Below, piece by piece: positions 8,492-17,403 of a DNA stretch of 32,000 bases. A program made the position numbers and the translations under genes. Under the pieces are notes generated by a model that did not search any database, had not been told where the DNA came from, and was given only the letters and a program-made list of their open reading frames with translations. Origin of the DNA: Candidatus Electronema halotolerans (GTDB lineage Bacteria > Desulfobacterota > Desulfobulbia > Desulfobulbales > Desulfobulbaceae); the NCBI GenBank assembly GCA_942493095.1, contig OW818675.1, forward strand, positions 2,640,001 to 2,672,000, in the 5' to 3' direction. Numbering within the stretch: position 1 is the first letter of the stretch; each line of letters begins with the position of its first letter.

Positions 8492-8539
8492 ACTTTTTAG
8501 CAGGCTTCTGAGGACAGCTTTTCTGGCTCGTTGAAACTG

Positions 8540-8586
8540 AAAAAATCAAAAGAAAAAGGGTTGCCGCCCGTTGGCTGCAACCCTTT
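8540..8586 (-). terminator. Rho-independent terminator of tRNA-Leu
   Basis: The minus strand reads AAAGGGTTGC-N12-GCAACCCTTT followed by TTCTTTTGATTTTTT. It begins 9 nt after the tRNA CCA end. Confidence 0.6.
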
Positions 8587-8594
8587 GAATTTAC

Positions 8595-8682
8595 TGGTGC
8601 CCGGAGCGAGAATCGAACTCGCACAGTTGCAAGAACCGAGGGATTTTAAGTCCCTTGCGTCTACCTGTTCCGCCATCCGGGC
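8595..8682 (-). tRNA. tRNA-Leu (anticodon UAA), class II with a long variable arm and an encoded CCA
   Basis: The minus strand reads GCCCGGATGGCGGAACAGGTAGACGCAAGGGACTTAAAATCCCTCGGTTCTTGCAACTGTGCGAGTTCGATTCTCGCTCCGGGCACCA. It folds by eye: acceptor GCCCGGA/TCCGGGC, anticodon stem AGGGA/TCCCT with loop CTTAAAA, and T-arm GCGAG-TTCGATT-CTCGC. Confidence 0.9.
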
Positions 8683-8700
8683 TGAAGAAAACCGCCGCAT

Positions 8701-8729
8701 AGATTACTTCCTGTCCGCCCTTTTGTCAA
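8701..8729 (-). promoter_or_regulatory. Candidate sigma-70 promoter for tRNA-Leu (TTGACA-17-TAATCT)
   Basis: Read on the minus strand. The -10 ends 18 nt before the mature tRNA 5' end. It is embedded in a hairpin (CCTGTCCGC-N15-GCGGACAGG) that follows the RNase E/G stop. Confidence 0.4.
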
Positions 8730-8752
8730 GAGAGCGGACAGGGCGGCCCGTC

Positions 8753-10714
8753 TCAAGCAAGAAATTCGATCCTGTTCTCGCCCGGCTTCATCTCCGGGCA
8801 GAGGAGTATCCTGATGGCGGCCTGATGCCTGCTTTCCAGCTCGTTGATTTCCATCCGTTTTTTGTTGAGCAGATACTGGCCCACATCCAAGGGCAGACTT
8901 GCCTCCACCCGCCTGACCCTCTTGCGGATGACTCCGGTCTGAATGCGGCGCAGATAATGCAGGGCCAAGGTCTCCACCGAGCGGAGCACACCGCGCCCGC
9001 CGCAGTATTCACAGGCATGGTAGCTGCCTTTTTCAATGGGCGCACCCATTTTCTGGCGGGAAATCTGCATCAGGCCGAAGCGGGAGATGCGGCTGATGTC
9101 AACCTTGGCCTTGTCCCGCTTCATCGCATTCCTGACCTGCTTTTCCACTTCCCTGATGTGCGCGCCGCTGCGCATGTCAATGAAATCGACGACAATCAGG
9201 CCGCCCAAGTCGCGCAGACGAAGCTGACGGGCCAGCTCGTCCGCCGCCTCCATATTGGCAAGGAAAATGGACTGGTCAAAGTCACCTTTCTGCGAGGTCC
9301 GGCCTGAGTTGACATCAATGGCCACCAAGGCTTCAGTGGGATCAATGACAATTGAACCGCCTGAAGGCAGCTGCACCTGCGGCTGATAGATGGATTCAAT
9401 CTGCTCTTCAATGTTGTGCTGATTGAAAATCGGCTTTGCCCCCCGGTGCAGCTTGACCTGCACCTTCTGCTGCGCTTCCGGCAGACCGGCGGCAAACCTG
9501 AGCACCTGATCATACGCTTCTTGGGTGTCAGCGACAATTTCCTGAATCTCCGGCGAAAAATGATCGCGGAGAAAACGCAATACTGTGTCTTGGTCCTCAT
9601 AGACCAAGGAGGGCGCAGACTGGCTCTGGCCGCGCCGTCGGATTTCCTCCCACAGATTGACGAGATGGGCGATATCTTCCTCCAAGGCGGTTTTGGTGAT
9701 TTCCGCGCTGGCCGTGCGGATGATGTAGCCGATTCCTTCCGGCAGGCTGAGATCAGTCATGATCTGGCGCAGCTCGCCCCGCCGTCCCTCGCCGGAAATT
9801 TTGCGGGAAACGCCTGAGCTGTCGCTGCCCGGCATCAGGACAACACAGCGGCCTGGCAGGGAAAGATACGTGGTGATGTTCGCGCCCTTGTTGCCGGTCA
9901 CTTCCTTGACCACTTGGACCAGCACTTCCTGGCCCTTGCTGACCACGTCCTCAATCTTCAGCTTGCGCCACTGCTGCTGGCGGATATAGGCGCGGTTCTC
10001 CTCGCTGATATCCTCCCGGTAGTATTCCGGGTGGATGTCGATGAAGGGCAGAAAGCCGTTGCGGCCTGTGCCGATCTCAACAAAGGCGGCTTGCAGGCTC
10101 GACTCAATCGAGACAATCCGGCCTTTGTAGATGTTGTTCTTGGTCCGCTCATGCTCCGCCGTGGTGACATGGAAGGCTTCCAGCCGCCCGTTCTCAACAA
10201 TGGCGATCCGGCACTCCTCCGCCTCTTCAGTGTTGATCAGCAGCTTGGCCGCAACCTTTTTGCCGCTCTGCTCCGCAGCTCTGCTTTCCGGCTTTGCAGT
10301 TGCAGTTGCAGTCTCAGGCTCGGCTGCCGCTTCAGACTTGACCTCAGCTTTCTTTTTCCTGCCGCCGCGCTTGCGGGGCCGCTTTTTCCTGACCGGCTGC
10401 TGTTCAGCATCCGCCTTGCTGTCTTCGGCAGCCGGAGCCGCCTCAGCAGCAGGTTCCGGCACAGCCTCAGCCTGCGGCGCGGATTGCGCCTCTGCCGCAG
10501 GAGCGACAGGTTCCTGTGTTGCAGCCGCAGCCTCCTCTTGCAGCTCCGCCTTCTTTTTTCTCGGTGTTCTTTTCCGAGGCGTTTTCTTTTCCGCCGGTTT
10601 CTCCTCCTCCGGCTCTTCCGGTTCCGCGCTTTTCCACCATGCCCCGGTGGTCACTTTGCGCACTTTTTTCCCCTGCTCTTCCGCAGCGGCTTTTTCCGCC
10701 TCATTGGTCATCAT
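8753..10714 (-). CDS. Ribonuclease E/G family endoribonuclease with a roughly 155-aa low-complexity basic/acidic N-terminal extension
   Basis: The catalytic core starts near aa 157 (LLINTEEAEECRIAIVENGRLEAF). It continues with an S1 domain (IYKGRIVSIESSLQAAFVEIG), then VDFIDM and the Zn-link CEYCGGRG. Confidence 0.85.
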   Translation of the reverse strand: MMTNEAEKAAAEEQGKKVRKVTTGAWWKSAEPEEPEEEKPAEKKTPRKRTPRKKKAELQEEAAAATQEPVAPAAEAQSAPQAEAVPEPAAEAAPAAEDSKADAEQQPVRKKRPRKRGGRKKKAEVKSEAAAEPETATATAKPESRAAEQSGKKVAAKLLINTEEAEECRIAIVENGRLEAFHVTTAEHERTKNNIYKGRIVSIESSLQAAFVEIGTGRNGFLPFIDIHPEYYREDISEENRAYIRQQQWRKLKIEDVVSKGQEVLVQVVKEVTGNKGANITTYLSLPGRCVVLMPGSDSSGVSRKISGEGRRGELRQIMTDLSLPEGIGYIIRTASAEITKTALEEDIAHLVNLWEEIRRRGQSQSAPSLVYEDQDTVLRFLRDHFSPEIQEIVADTQEAYDQVLRFAAGLPEAQQKVQVKLHRGAKPIFNQHNIEEQIESIYQPQVQLPSGGSIVIDPTEALVAIDVNSGRTSQKGDFDQSIFLANMEAADELARQLRLRDLGGLIVVDFIDMRSGAHIREVEKQVRNAMKRDKAKVDISRISRFGLMQISRQKMGAPIEKGSYHACEYCGGRGVLRSVETLALHYLRRIQTGVIRKRVRRVEASLPLDVGQYLLNKKRMEINELESRHQAAIRILLCPEMKPGENRIEFLA

Positions 10715-10754
10715 GCAGCTTCCTGAATAAAAGTGATGTCATACAAGCAGCCGC

Positions 10755-11774
10755 TCATGCTGAATGCGCTGCATCGTCTGTTGCGGTCCGCGCTGTCTGA
10801 TAATAGAGTGTTCCGTTATGAACCCGTTTTTGCAGCAGACCGCTTTCAACCAGCGCAGCAAGCAGCTGCTCAACCTTGTCCGCGCCGCCCGCAGGGAAGA
10901 CGCGGTTGATGTCGGCGGCAGTGCAGGGCCGCCGTTTCAGCATTTCCACAATCTCGTCCTGCCGCGCCTGCTGATCCACAGGGCGGTCGGGAGCAACACG
11001 TTCCTGCCCGGCTGACAGGCTCTCCTGCTGCACCGGGCCGACAGCGAGCAGATCAACAGGCCGGTGCGGATCGCAGCGGAAAAATTCAGCGGCAATGGCC
11101 TGCATCCGCGCTTCCGGCACAGGCCGGGCAAAGCTCTCCAACGGCGGTCTGGCCACGGTGTTGAGCTGAATCCGATCCAAACGCATCCGTCCTGCCGCCC
11201 GGCACAGGGCCGCAACCTCCTCATCGCTGTCGTTGATGCCTGCGGCAAAAAGAATCTCCAGCCAGATTTGTCCCTCGAACTCCTGCGAAAACACCGTCAG
11301 GCCCTCAATGAGCCGGTCCAGATCAACACAGCGGGCCGGGCGGTCAATCTTTCTGAATCCGGCAGGCAGAGCTGAATCTAACGAAGGAATGACCACATCA
11401 GCCTGGGCCAGCTCCTGCCGCACCTGCGCTTCCCAGAGCAAGGTGCCGTTGGTCAGCACCGCAACCGGTTTGCCAGCCCGCTGTTTGAGATGGCTGATTA
11501 TTTGACCCAAGCCCGTGTGCAGCACCGGCTCGCCGCTGGCCGTGACCGTGACAAAATCCACAGCTGCGGCCCGTTCCTCTTGCGAGAAAAAGGCATCTAT
11601 TTCCGCAATGATCTCTGCTGTCGGAGCGTATTCAGCCCGTTCGCAGGTCAGCTTGACCGTCGCGCCAACCTCGCAGTAAATACAGTTCAGTGAGCAGATT
11701 TTTTCCCGGAACAGGTCAATGCCGAGAGACCGTCCAAGCCGCCGGGAATTGACCGGGCCAAAGATGTAGTTCAT
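10755..11774 (-). CDS. Radical SAM protein (COG0731-like Fe-S oxidoreductase) with a C-terminal winged-helix-like tail
   Basis: GPVNSRRLGRSLGIDLF...CSLNCIYCEVG is a CxxxCxxC radical SAM motif in the conserved N-terminal context of this family. Confidence 0.75.
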   Translation of the reverse strand: MNYIFGPVNSRRLGRSLGIDLFREKICSLNCIYCEVGATVKLTCERAEYAPTAEIIAEIDAFFSQEERAAAVDFVTVTASGEPVLHTGLGQIISHLKQRAGKPVAVLTNGTLLWEAQVRQELAQADVVIPSLDSALPAGFRKIDRPARCVDLDRLIEGLTVFSQEFEGQIWLEILFAAGINDSDEEVAALCRAAGRMRLDRIQLNTVARPPLESFARPVPEARMQAIAAEFFRCDPHRPVDLLAVGPVQQESLSAGQERVAPDRPVDQQARQDEIVEMLKRRPCTAADINRVFPAGGADKVEQLLAALVESGLLQKRVHNGTLYYQTARTATDDAAHSA

Positions 11775-11860
11775 TATGAAGACTGGGAAGATGCGGCAGC
11801 CGCTGCCGCCGGAGAAATCTTATGAAAACGCATCACAGTTGCACACAAAAATCTGTGTAT

Positions 11861-11899
11861 AAAAGAAAACCGCGCATTGCGCAAGGGCAAACTGCGCGG
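11861..11899 (-). terminator. Rho-independent terminator downstream of the sugar dehydrogenase gene
   Basis: The minus strand reads CCGCGCA-N16-TGCGCGG followed by TTTTCTTTTAT. Confidence 0.6.
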
Positions 11900-12086
11900 C
11901 TGCGGTGATGCGAATCACCTCTTTTTATGCAAAAAGTGAATAGTTGAACAGACTCTTGGCAATGTCAGCGAGAAAGCGGACACAGGGCTGCGCTGCCCGG
12001 TCGCTGAGGCTGAAGCGGTGATTTCTGTCGAAGCGCCGCAGCGTCACGAGAATCAGATTTCCGGCAGCGTGTTGGAGCGTAAGCGG

Positions 12087-13364
12087 TCACAGACTCCCGT
12101 CCGCCACGCCTTTTGCCAGCAGATGTTTGACATCGTAGATCACTGCCTGCGGGCGGCAGATGCGGCCCAGCTCGGCAGTTCCCCAGCCGGAGAACTGCTG
12201 ATGGGCCACAGCCAGCACCACGGCATCATAGCGGTTTTCCGGCAATGCCTCAATCATGGTCACACCGTAGAGCCGCCGCGCCTCCTCCGAATCTGCCCAA
12301 GGATCATGCACCTCGACATGCGCTCCATAAGAAGCTAATTCAGCAATAATATCTGTGACTCGCGTGTTGCGCAAATCCGGGCAGTTCTCCTTAAAGGTCA
12401 GGCCGAGCACGAGAATGCGCGAGTCTGCAACGAGAATGCGCTTCCACAGCATCAGCTTGACCACTTGGGAAGCAATGTAACGACCCATGTCATCATTGAG
12501 CCGCCGCCCAGCTAAGATCATTTCCGGGTGATAGCCGACCTGCTGGGCCTTGTGGGTCAGGTAATAGGGATCAACACCGATGCAGTGGCCGCCGACCAGA
12601 CCGGGCCGGAAGGGGAGGAAATTCCACTTGGTGCCTGCCGCCTTGAGCACTTCCAGCGTGTCAATGCCGAGCCGGTTGAAGATCAAGGCCAGCTCGTTGA
12701 CCAAGGCGATGTTGACATCGCGCTGCGTGTTTTCAATCACTTTGGCCGCCTCAGCCACCTTGATGCTGCTGGCCTTGAAGGTGCCTGCGGTGATGATCAG
12801 GCTGTAGAGCTGATCAACAAAATCAGCAATCTCCGGCGTTGAGCCGGATGTCACCTTGACAATGCTCGGCAGGCGGTGCTCATGGTCGCCGGGATTGATC
12901 CGCTCCGGGCTGTAACCGGCAAAAAAGTCTTGGTTGAAGCGCAGGCCGGAACCTTTCTCTAAGATCGGAACGCAGACTTCCTCGGTCGCGCCGGGATAGA
13001 CCGTGGATTCATAGATGACCACATCGCCCGGCTTGAGCACCCGCGCAACTGTATGCGAGGCTCCTTCTAGAGGACGCATGTCAGGCCGTTTGCTGTCGTC
13101 AACCGGGGTGGGCACGGCCACAATAAAGACATTGCAGTCCCGAAGGTCTTCAACAATCGAAGTGAAGCGCAGGCTGCTCGCTGCGGCCAGCTCATCCCGG
13201 CTGACTTCTCGCGTGCTGTCAATGTCTTGGCGCAACTCGGCAATGCGCTGTTCCTTGAGGTCAAAACCAAGGCAGGACAGCTTGTTGCTGAATTCCACGG
13301 CCAAGGGCAGGCCGACATAGCCAAGACCAATAATGGCCAGTTTGGTTGAGGACAGATCAGGCAT
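12087..13364 (-). CDS. Nucleotide-sugar dehydrogenase, UDP-N-acetyl-hexosamine 6-dehydrogenase type (TviB/WbpA-like)
   Basis: [18 protein letters not shown] is a Rossmann GxGxxG motif. [12 protein letters not shown] carries the catalytic Cys. 425 aa is the typical length for this family. Confidence 0.85.
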   Translation of the reverse strand: MPDLSSTKLAIIGLGYVGLPLAVEFSNKLSCLGFDLKEQRIAELRQDIDSTREVSRDELAAASSLRFTSIVEDLRDCNVFIVAVPTPVDDSKRPDMRPLEGASHTVARVLKPGDVVIYESTVYPGATEEVCVPILEKGSGLRFNQDFFAGYSPERINPGDHEHRLPSIVKVTSGSTPEIADFVDQLYSLIITAGTFKASSIKVAEAAKVIENTQRDVNIALVNELALIFNRLGIDTLEVLKAAGTKWNFLPFRPGLVGGHCIGVDPYYLTHKAQQVGYHPEMILAGRRLNDDMGRYIASQVVKLMLWKRILVADSRILVLGLTFKENCPDLRNTRVTDIIAELASYGAHVEVHDPWADSEEARRLYGVTMIEALPENRYDAVVLAVAHQQFSGWGTAELGRICRPQAVIYDVKHLLAKGVADGSL

Positions 13365-13391
13365 CGTGTTTTCTCTGTGAAATCGTTGTGA

Positions 13392-14060
13392 TCAAACGCC
13401 CCGGCTTATGCTGGGCCAGATTTGCTTGTGAAGCTGCAATTGCAGCCGCACGGGCAGTTGCTCCTGCAAGATCAAGGCAGCCAATTGCTCTGGAGCCAGC
13501 CGCTCAATAACCGGCGAGAACAGCACTGGCAGCAAGTCAGTCAGCTCATGCTGGCGGACGACCTGCGCCGCCCATGCCGCATCTTCTAACGAGCTGAGGA
13601 CAAATTTGATTTCATCTTGGCTGCCTGCGGCCCGCCGTTGTTGCAGCAAGGCAAGATTATCCCAGTCATTTTTTGCCGCCATGCCGGAATCCGGGCATTT
13701 GATGTCCAAAATCACCCCGACTGTAGGCGGAACCTTGGCAATGCTCAGGCTGCCGCCCGTTTCCAAAAGCAGCACACGGCCTTGGGCCAGCAGCGCGTCC
13801 ATGAGCGGATAAACCGCTTTTTGCAGCAAGGGTTCGCCGCCAGTGATTTCAGTCAGCAGGCCGGGATATTGCTCCAGCCATGCGCAAATCTCGGCTGCTG
13901 ACATCAGCCTGCCTTGCTCCTCCCACGTATAGCGGGAATCGCAATACGAGCAGCGCAGATTGCAGCCGCTGAGACGGACAAAAGCGCAGGGCAGTCCAGC
14001 GCGGGTGGATTCGCCCTGAATGGAGCAAAACAGCTCGGAAACCCGCAGCCGGTCGGTCAT
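13392..14060 (-). CDS. queE: 7-carboxy-7-deazaguanine synthase QueE (radical SAM)
   Basis: LRVSELFCSIQGESTRAGLPCAFVRLSGCNLRCSYCDS is the QueE N-terminal signature. Its ATG overlaps the queD stop (ATGA). Confidence 0.85.
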   Translation of the reverse strand: MTDRLRVSELFCSIQGESTRAGLPCAFVRLSGCNLRCSYCDSRYTWEEQGRLMSAAEICAWLEQYPGLLTEITGGEPLLQKAVYPLMDALLAQGRVLLLETGGSLSIAKVPPTVGVILDIKCPDSGMAAKNDWDNLALLQQRRAAGSQDEIKFVLSSLEDAAWAAQVVRQHELTDLLPVLFSPVIERLAPEQLAALILQEQLPVRLQLQLHKQIWPSISRGV

Positions 14061-14428
14061 TTGCCGTAATAAATCACGCCGCTGCTGTCGGTTTCCCGCA
14101 CTTGCACCGAGTAGAGCTGCGAGCGTCCGTCGGTCAGCGGTTCCTTGAGCTGCTCAAAGAGGAAACGGGCAATGTGCTCTGAAGACGGGTTGCAATGCTG
14201 AAAGGCCGGATGCTCGTTCAGATCGCAGTGATCCAGTTCATCCACGACCGCATTCACTTTTTGTTTCAGCACCTTGAAATCAATGCCCATGCCTAGCTCA
14301 TCCAATTCGCTGACCCGGACTGCCACCTTGACCTTCCAATTATGGCCGTGCGGCTTTTCACAGTTGCCCGGATACTGCCGCAGATGATGGCCGCCGGAAA
14401 AATGGGTTTTAATGAAAATATCAAACAT
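14057..14428 (-). CDS. queD: 6-carboxy-5,6,7,8-tetrahydropterin synthase QueD
   Basis: 123 aa containing FSGGHHL...CEKPHGHNW, the PTPS-family Zn-binding His motifs. Confidence 0.85.
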   Translation of the reverse strand: MFDIFIKTHFSGGHHLRQYPGNCEKPHGHNWKVKVAVRVSELDELGMGIDFKVLKQKVNAVVDELDHCDLNEHPAFQHCNPSSEHIARFLFEQLKEPLTDGRSQLYSVQVRETDSSGVIYYGK

Positions 14429-14433
14429 GCTCT

Positions 14434-16401
14434 TCAGTGGTCAGAGGTTGCTTCAGGTTTGCTGCGGATGATGCGGATCAGCTCCTTGCCGAACTGCTCC
14501 GCTGTCCTGATGGAGCCATCAATGGAGAGATGACCGCCGTCAGAATACCAGATTTTGTCGCTCTTGCTGTCAAGCGCGGCGCAGGTTTCCTGATCGCAGA
14601 AAATATCAAAGGGATCGAGAAACCAGACATTCGGCTCTGCTGCCGCAAACTGCCGCAGCCGCTGGTTGACTGCCAGACCGATGCCCTGCTCTCTGGGAAA
14701 GACCATTGCCTCCAAACAGTTGTTGGGCAGATAACTGGGCCGGTTCAGACAGGAGATAATGCCGTTCCGATTGCCGCTGCCCGGCGGATTGCCGATAATG
14801 ATGAGCTGCCGGTCAGGGCCGATCTTGGCCCGAATTTTGCGCAGATTGCTGATGAGAAATTTCTCATACTTGTTGTGATTGGCGAATTTGATCTGCTGGC
14901 CTTGCAGATCACAGATGCCGTCAATATACCATTCCCAAGCCAGCGAGAAAATGACCGGTTTGCGGTTGCCTTCAGCCAATTTGAAGAAGCGTCGGCTCTG
15001 CGCGGTGCAGACCGTATCCGGCTGGCCTTTGTAGAGAAAGGTGATGTCCGGGCCAATGATGCAGGCATAATCCGCAGCGGTTTTTGCGCTCAGGCCGTGC
15101 TGCTGAAAGAGCTGATCCAGCCCGGCGGCATATTGCAAAACAAAGCTGTCACCGGTGACGATCACGTCGTAATCCGCCTTTTTCGCCCCAAATGTGCCAG
15201 TGAAAGAATAGCCCTTGCCGCCGTATTGGTCAATATGGAACTGGCTGGCGTTCTGCATTTGCGCGAAAGTGCTGCTGATTCGACTGGGAAAACCGTCCTG
15301 CCGCAGCACCTCGGTTCCGGCGGCCAGCAGCAGCACTGCGCCAAGTCCGCAGAGGACGAGAAAGGTGCGCTGGCTGAAGACGCGGCCTTTGCGGAAAGGC
15401 TGCTCAATGAATTTCCAAGACAGTCCGGCGAGCAGGAAACAGAGCAGCAGCAGGCTTGCGCGTTCAATCCAAGTCGGCTCAATGTATTTCCAATATTTGT
15501 AAAAAATCAGCAGCGGCCAGTGGATGAGATAGAGCGAATAGGAAATCAGGCCGATGGCCACCGCAACTGGATTGCGCAGCAGCCAGCCAAGGAACTTCGC
15601 TTGGCCGCTGTAGATGATCAGGGCGGCACCGGCGCAGGGAATCAGGGCATGGAGACCGGGAAAGGCGGTCTGTTTGCTGAAGGCGAAAATTCCCCAGCTG
15701 ATGCCGAGCAAACCGAGCGCGAGCAGCGGCTCGGCCAGCCATTTTTTCGTTGCAGGCAGAGGCGGCAGCCAGACCAGCACGGCTCCGCAGGCAAATTCGG
15801 CCAGCCGGAACGGGGTGAGGAAAAAAACTCCTGTGGGATCGCTGTGCAGCCAGTGCTCTGCTCCATATAACGAGGCGATGCTGATCAGGATAAGAAAACA
15901 CACAGGCCACATTTTCCTGCCCAGCTTGGAGAGCAGCAGAAGCAGGGCTGGCCAGACAAAGTAAAATTGCTCCTCCACTGCCAAAGACCAGGTGTGCAGC
16001 AGGGGCTTGAACTCAGCAGCAGTGTCAAAATAGCCCGCCTCTTTCCAGAAGAGGATATTGGACACGGAGAGCACGCTGCACAGGAGAGATTTGCCGAACT
16101 GGGCATAATGCTCCGGGGTGAAGAGGAGATGACTGCCCAGCAGGCTGAGAAGCAGAGTGGTGTAGAGGGCTGGGAACAGACGTTTGATCCGCCGGACATA
16201 GAAGCGGGCAAAGGAAAAGCTGCCCCTGCCAATGTCGGCCATGATGTTCTGGGTGATGAGAAAGCCGGAGATGACAAAAAAAATATCCACGCCAGTGAAG
16301 CCGCCGGTGAACAGCGGCACATCAAAGTGATAAAGCAGGACAGCCAGAACTGCCGCCGCCCGCAGGCCGTCTATGTCAGGCCGGTACTGCCGCTGAATCA
16401 T
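14434..16401 (-). CDS. OafA/YrhL-like O-acyltransferase (acyltransferase-3 membrane domain plus C-terminal SGNH domain)
   Basis: RPDIDGLRAAAVLAVLLYHF is the AT3 N-terminal motif, followed by about 10 hydrophobic spans. The C-terminal part has VIVTGDSF and DGGHLS SGNH blocks. I chose ATG 16401; the track start 16566 is a TTG that adds 55 non-conserved residues. The start is uncertain. Confidence 0.8.
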   Translation of the reverse strand: MIQRQYRPDIDGLRAAAVLAVLLYHFDVPLFTGGFTGVDIFFVISGFLITQNIMADIGRGSFSFARFYVRRIKRLFPALYTTLLLSLLGSHLLFTPEHYAQFGKSLLCSVLSVSNILFWKEAGYFDTAAEFKPLLHTWSLAVEEQFYFVWPALLLLLSKLGRKMWPVCFLILISIASLYGAEHWLHSDPTGVFFLTPFRLAEFACGAVLVWLPPLPATKKWLAEPLLALGLLGISWGIFAFSKQTAFPGLHALIPCAGAALIIYSGQAKFLGWLLRNPVAVAIGLISYSLYLIHWPLLIFYKYWKYIEPTWIERASLLLLCFLLAGLSWKFIEQPFRKGRVFSQRTFLVLCGLGAVLLLAAGTEVLRQDGFPSRISSTFAQMQNASQFHIDQYGGKGYSFTGTFGAKKADYDVIVTGDSFVLQYAAGLDQLFQQHGLSAKTAADYACIIGPDITFLYKGQPDTVCTAQSRRFFKLAEGNRKPVIFSLAWEWYIDGICDLQGQQIKFANHNKYEKFLISNLRKIRAKIGPDRQLIIIGNPPGSGNRNGIISCLNRPSYLPNNCLEAMVFPREQGIGLAVNQRLRQFAAAEPNVWFLDPFDIFCDQETCAALDSKSDKIWYSDGGHLSIDGSIRTAEQFGKELIRIIRSKPEATSDH

Positions 16402-16593
16402 GCTGCGATACGAGTTGAGATTGTCCCGGAAGCGGGCCGCCTCCGGCAGGAACAAAGCATCTGAGTGACTTTCTTTACGCAATTTGCTGGCGTTTGTCCA
16501 GTCCCGCCGTGCTCCAAAAGACAAAACTTGTTGTTTTTTTCCGCAGCAGTCAGTACGATGAGCCAATCACACCTCGAAACAAGAGCACAAGTC

Positions 16594-17391
16594 ATGCGTC
16601 ATTTTGTTTTTATACTGATCATTTTTTTTTGCGCCAGCCTGTCTGCAAGTCATGCTGCTTGCGGCAAGGGCACGATGTACGCGGTCTGGGCCTCTCCGCA
16701 GGCTGAGGGGACAACTGTTCTGCATTACGCGGCAAAGAGCAAGGGGAAATGGGCCGCGCCTGCCCAGCTCGCTGTGGGGCAGGGCTTTCATGTCACGCCG
16801 GTCATTGCCGCAGACCGCAAGGGCGCAGTCTGGATTGCTTGGACCGAGGCGGGAGAAGAAGAGGAAAATATCCTCAGATACGCTGTGGTGCGGCAGGGCA
16901 AAACTGAGACCGGACGGGTCAGGCCGGACGTAAAGGCGGAGCAGAGCTATGCCCCGACCATCCTGATTGATCAGCAGGACAGGCCTTGGCTGGCCTGGTC
17001 CGGCGTGGAAAAAGGACGGCTGGCAGATATTTATGTCAGCAGCTGGCAGGGCAAGGGCTGGACCAGTCCTGTTGCCGTCAATCAGGCAAACAGCACCCCG
17101 GACATCACGCCGCTGCTTGGTCTGCGGGACGGAAAGCAGCTCTGGGCATCTTGGTTCGGCATGAGTCCGCAGAAAATATATGTCCGCTTCCTTGCTCAAT
17201 TGCACGATGGCAAATGGCAGATCGACAAAGAGACCGGCTCAATTGAGGACACTGAGGCATTTCTTGCCCAGCGGACCCATCTTGGGCTATTCCCTGAGCA
17301 GGCCGGAACATGGCTGACCGGGGCCTTGTTTGCTGGTTTGGATTGTGAAATTCAGTCAATCAGCGAGCGGTTCGCATCGTTTCACAACTAA
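16594..17391 (+). CDS. Secreted hypothetical protein with about 50-aa repeats ending in W-x-(A/S)-W
   Basis: Signal peptide MRHFVFILIIFFCASLSASHA. Recurring VWIAWTE, PWLAWSG and LWASWFG motifs suggest beta-propeller-like repeats. I place the start at ATG 16594 rather than the track start 16465. Confidence 0.5.
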   Translation: MRHFVFILIIFFCASLSASHAACGKGTMYAVWASPQAEGTTVLHYAAKSKGKWAAPAQLAVGQGFHVTPVIAADRKGAVWIAWTEAGEEEENILRYAVVRQGKTETGRVRPDVKAEQSYAPTILIDQQDRPWLAWSGVEKGRLADIYVSSWQGKGWTSPVAVNQANSTPDITPLLGLRDGKQLWASWFGMSPQKIYVRFLAQLHDGKWQIDKETGSIEDTEAFLAQRTHLGLFPEQAGTWLTGALFAGLDCEIQSISERFASFHN

Positions 17392-17403
17392 CGGAGAATG
17401 ATC

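Noticed and set aside
8531-10730. Several long plus-strand ORFs (8531-9307, 9914-10726, 10131-10730)
   Set aside because: They are antisense to RNase E/G, and one runs straight through the tRNA-Leu gene. The products are low-complexity (Leu/Arg/Ser/Phe runs) and mirror the Lys/Glu/Ala-rich sense frame.
11904-11919. GGTGAT-N4-ATCACC hairpin followed by TCTTTTT on the plus strand
   Set aside because: The stem is a weak 6-bp AT-containing one, and no plus-strand gene lies upstream to terminate. The neighbouring minus-strand terminator at 11861-11899 explains the region.
14437-15870. 477-aa plus-strand ORF
   Set aside because: It lies entirely antisense to the OafA-like acyltransferase, whose membrane and SGNH motifs are clear. 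The product is Arg/Ala/Gly-rich with no recognisable motif.
16402-16566. N-terminal extensions implied by the track starts. This one is a TTG start; others are 1724-1825, 4175-4285, 4501-4638, 16465-16593, 19737-19829 and 19894-19968.
   Set aside because: The extensions precede clear signal peptides or conserved N-terminal motifs and lack RBSs. Internal ATGs with Shine-Dalgarno sequences fit better. The exact starts remain unverified.
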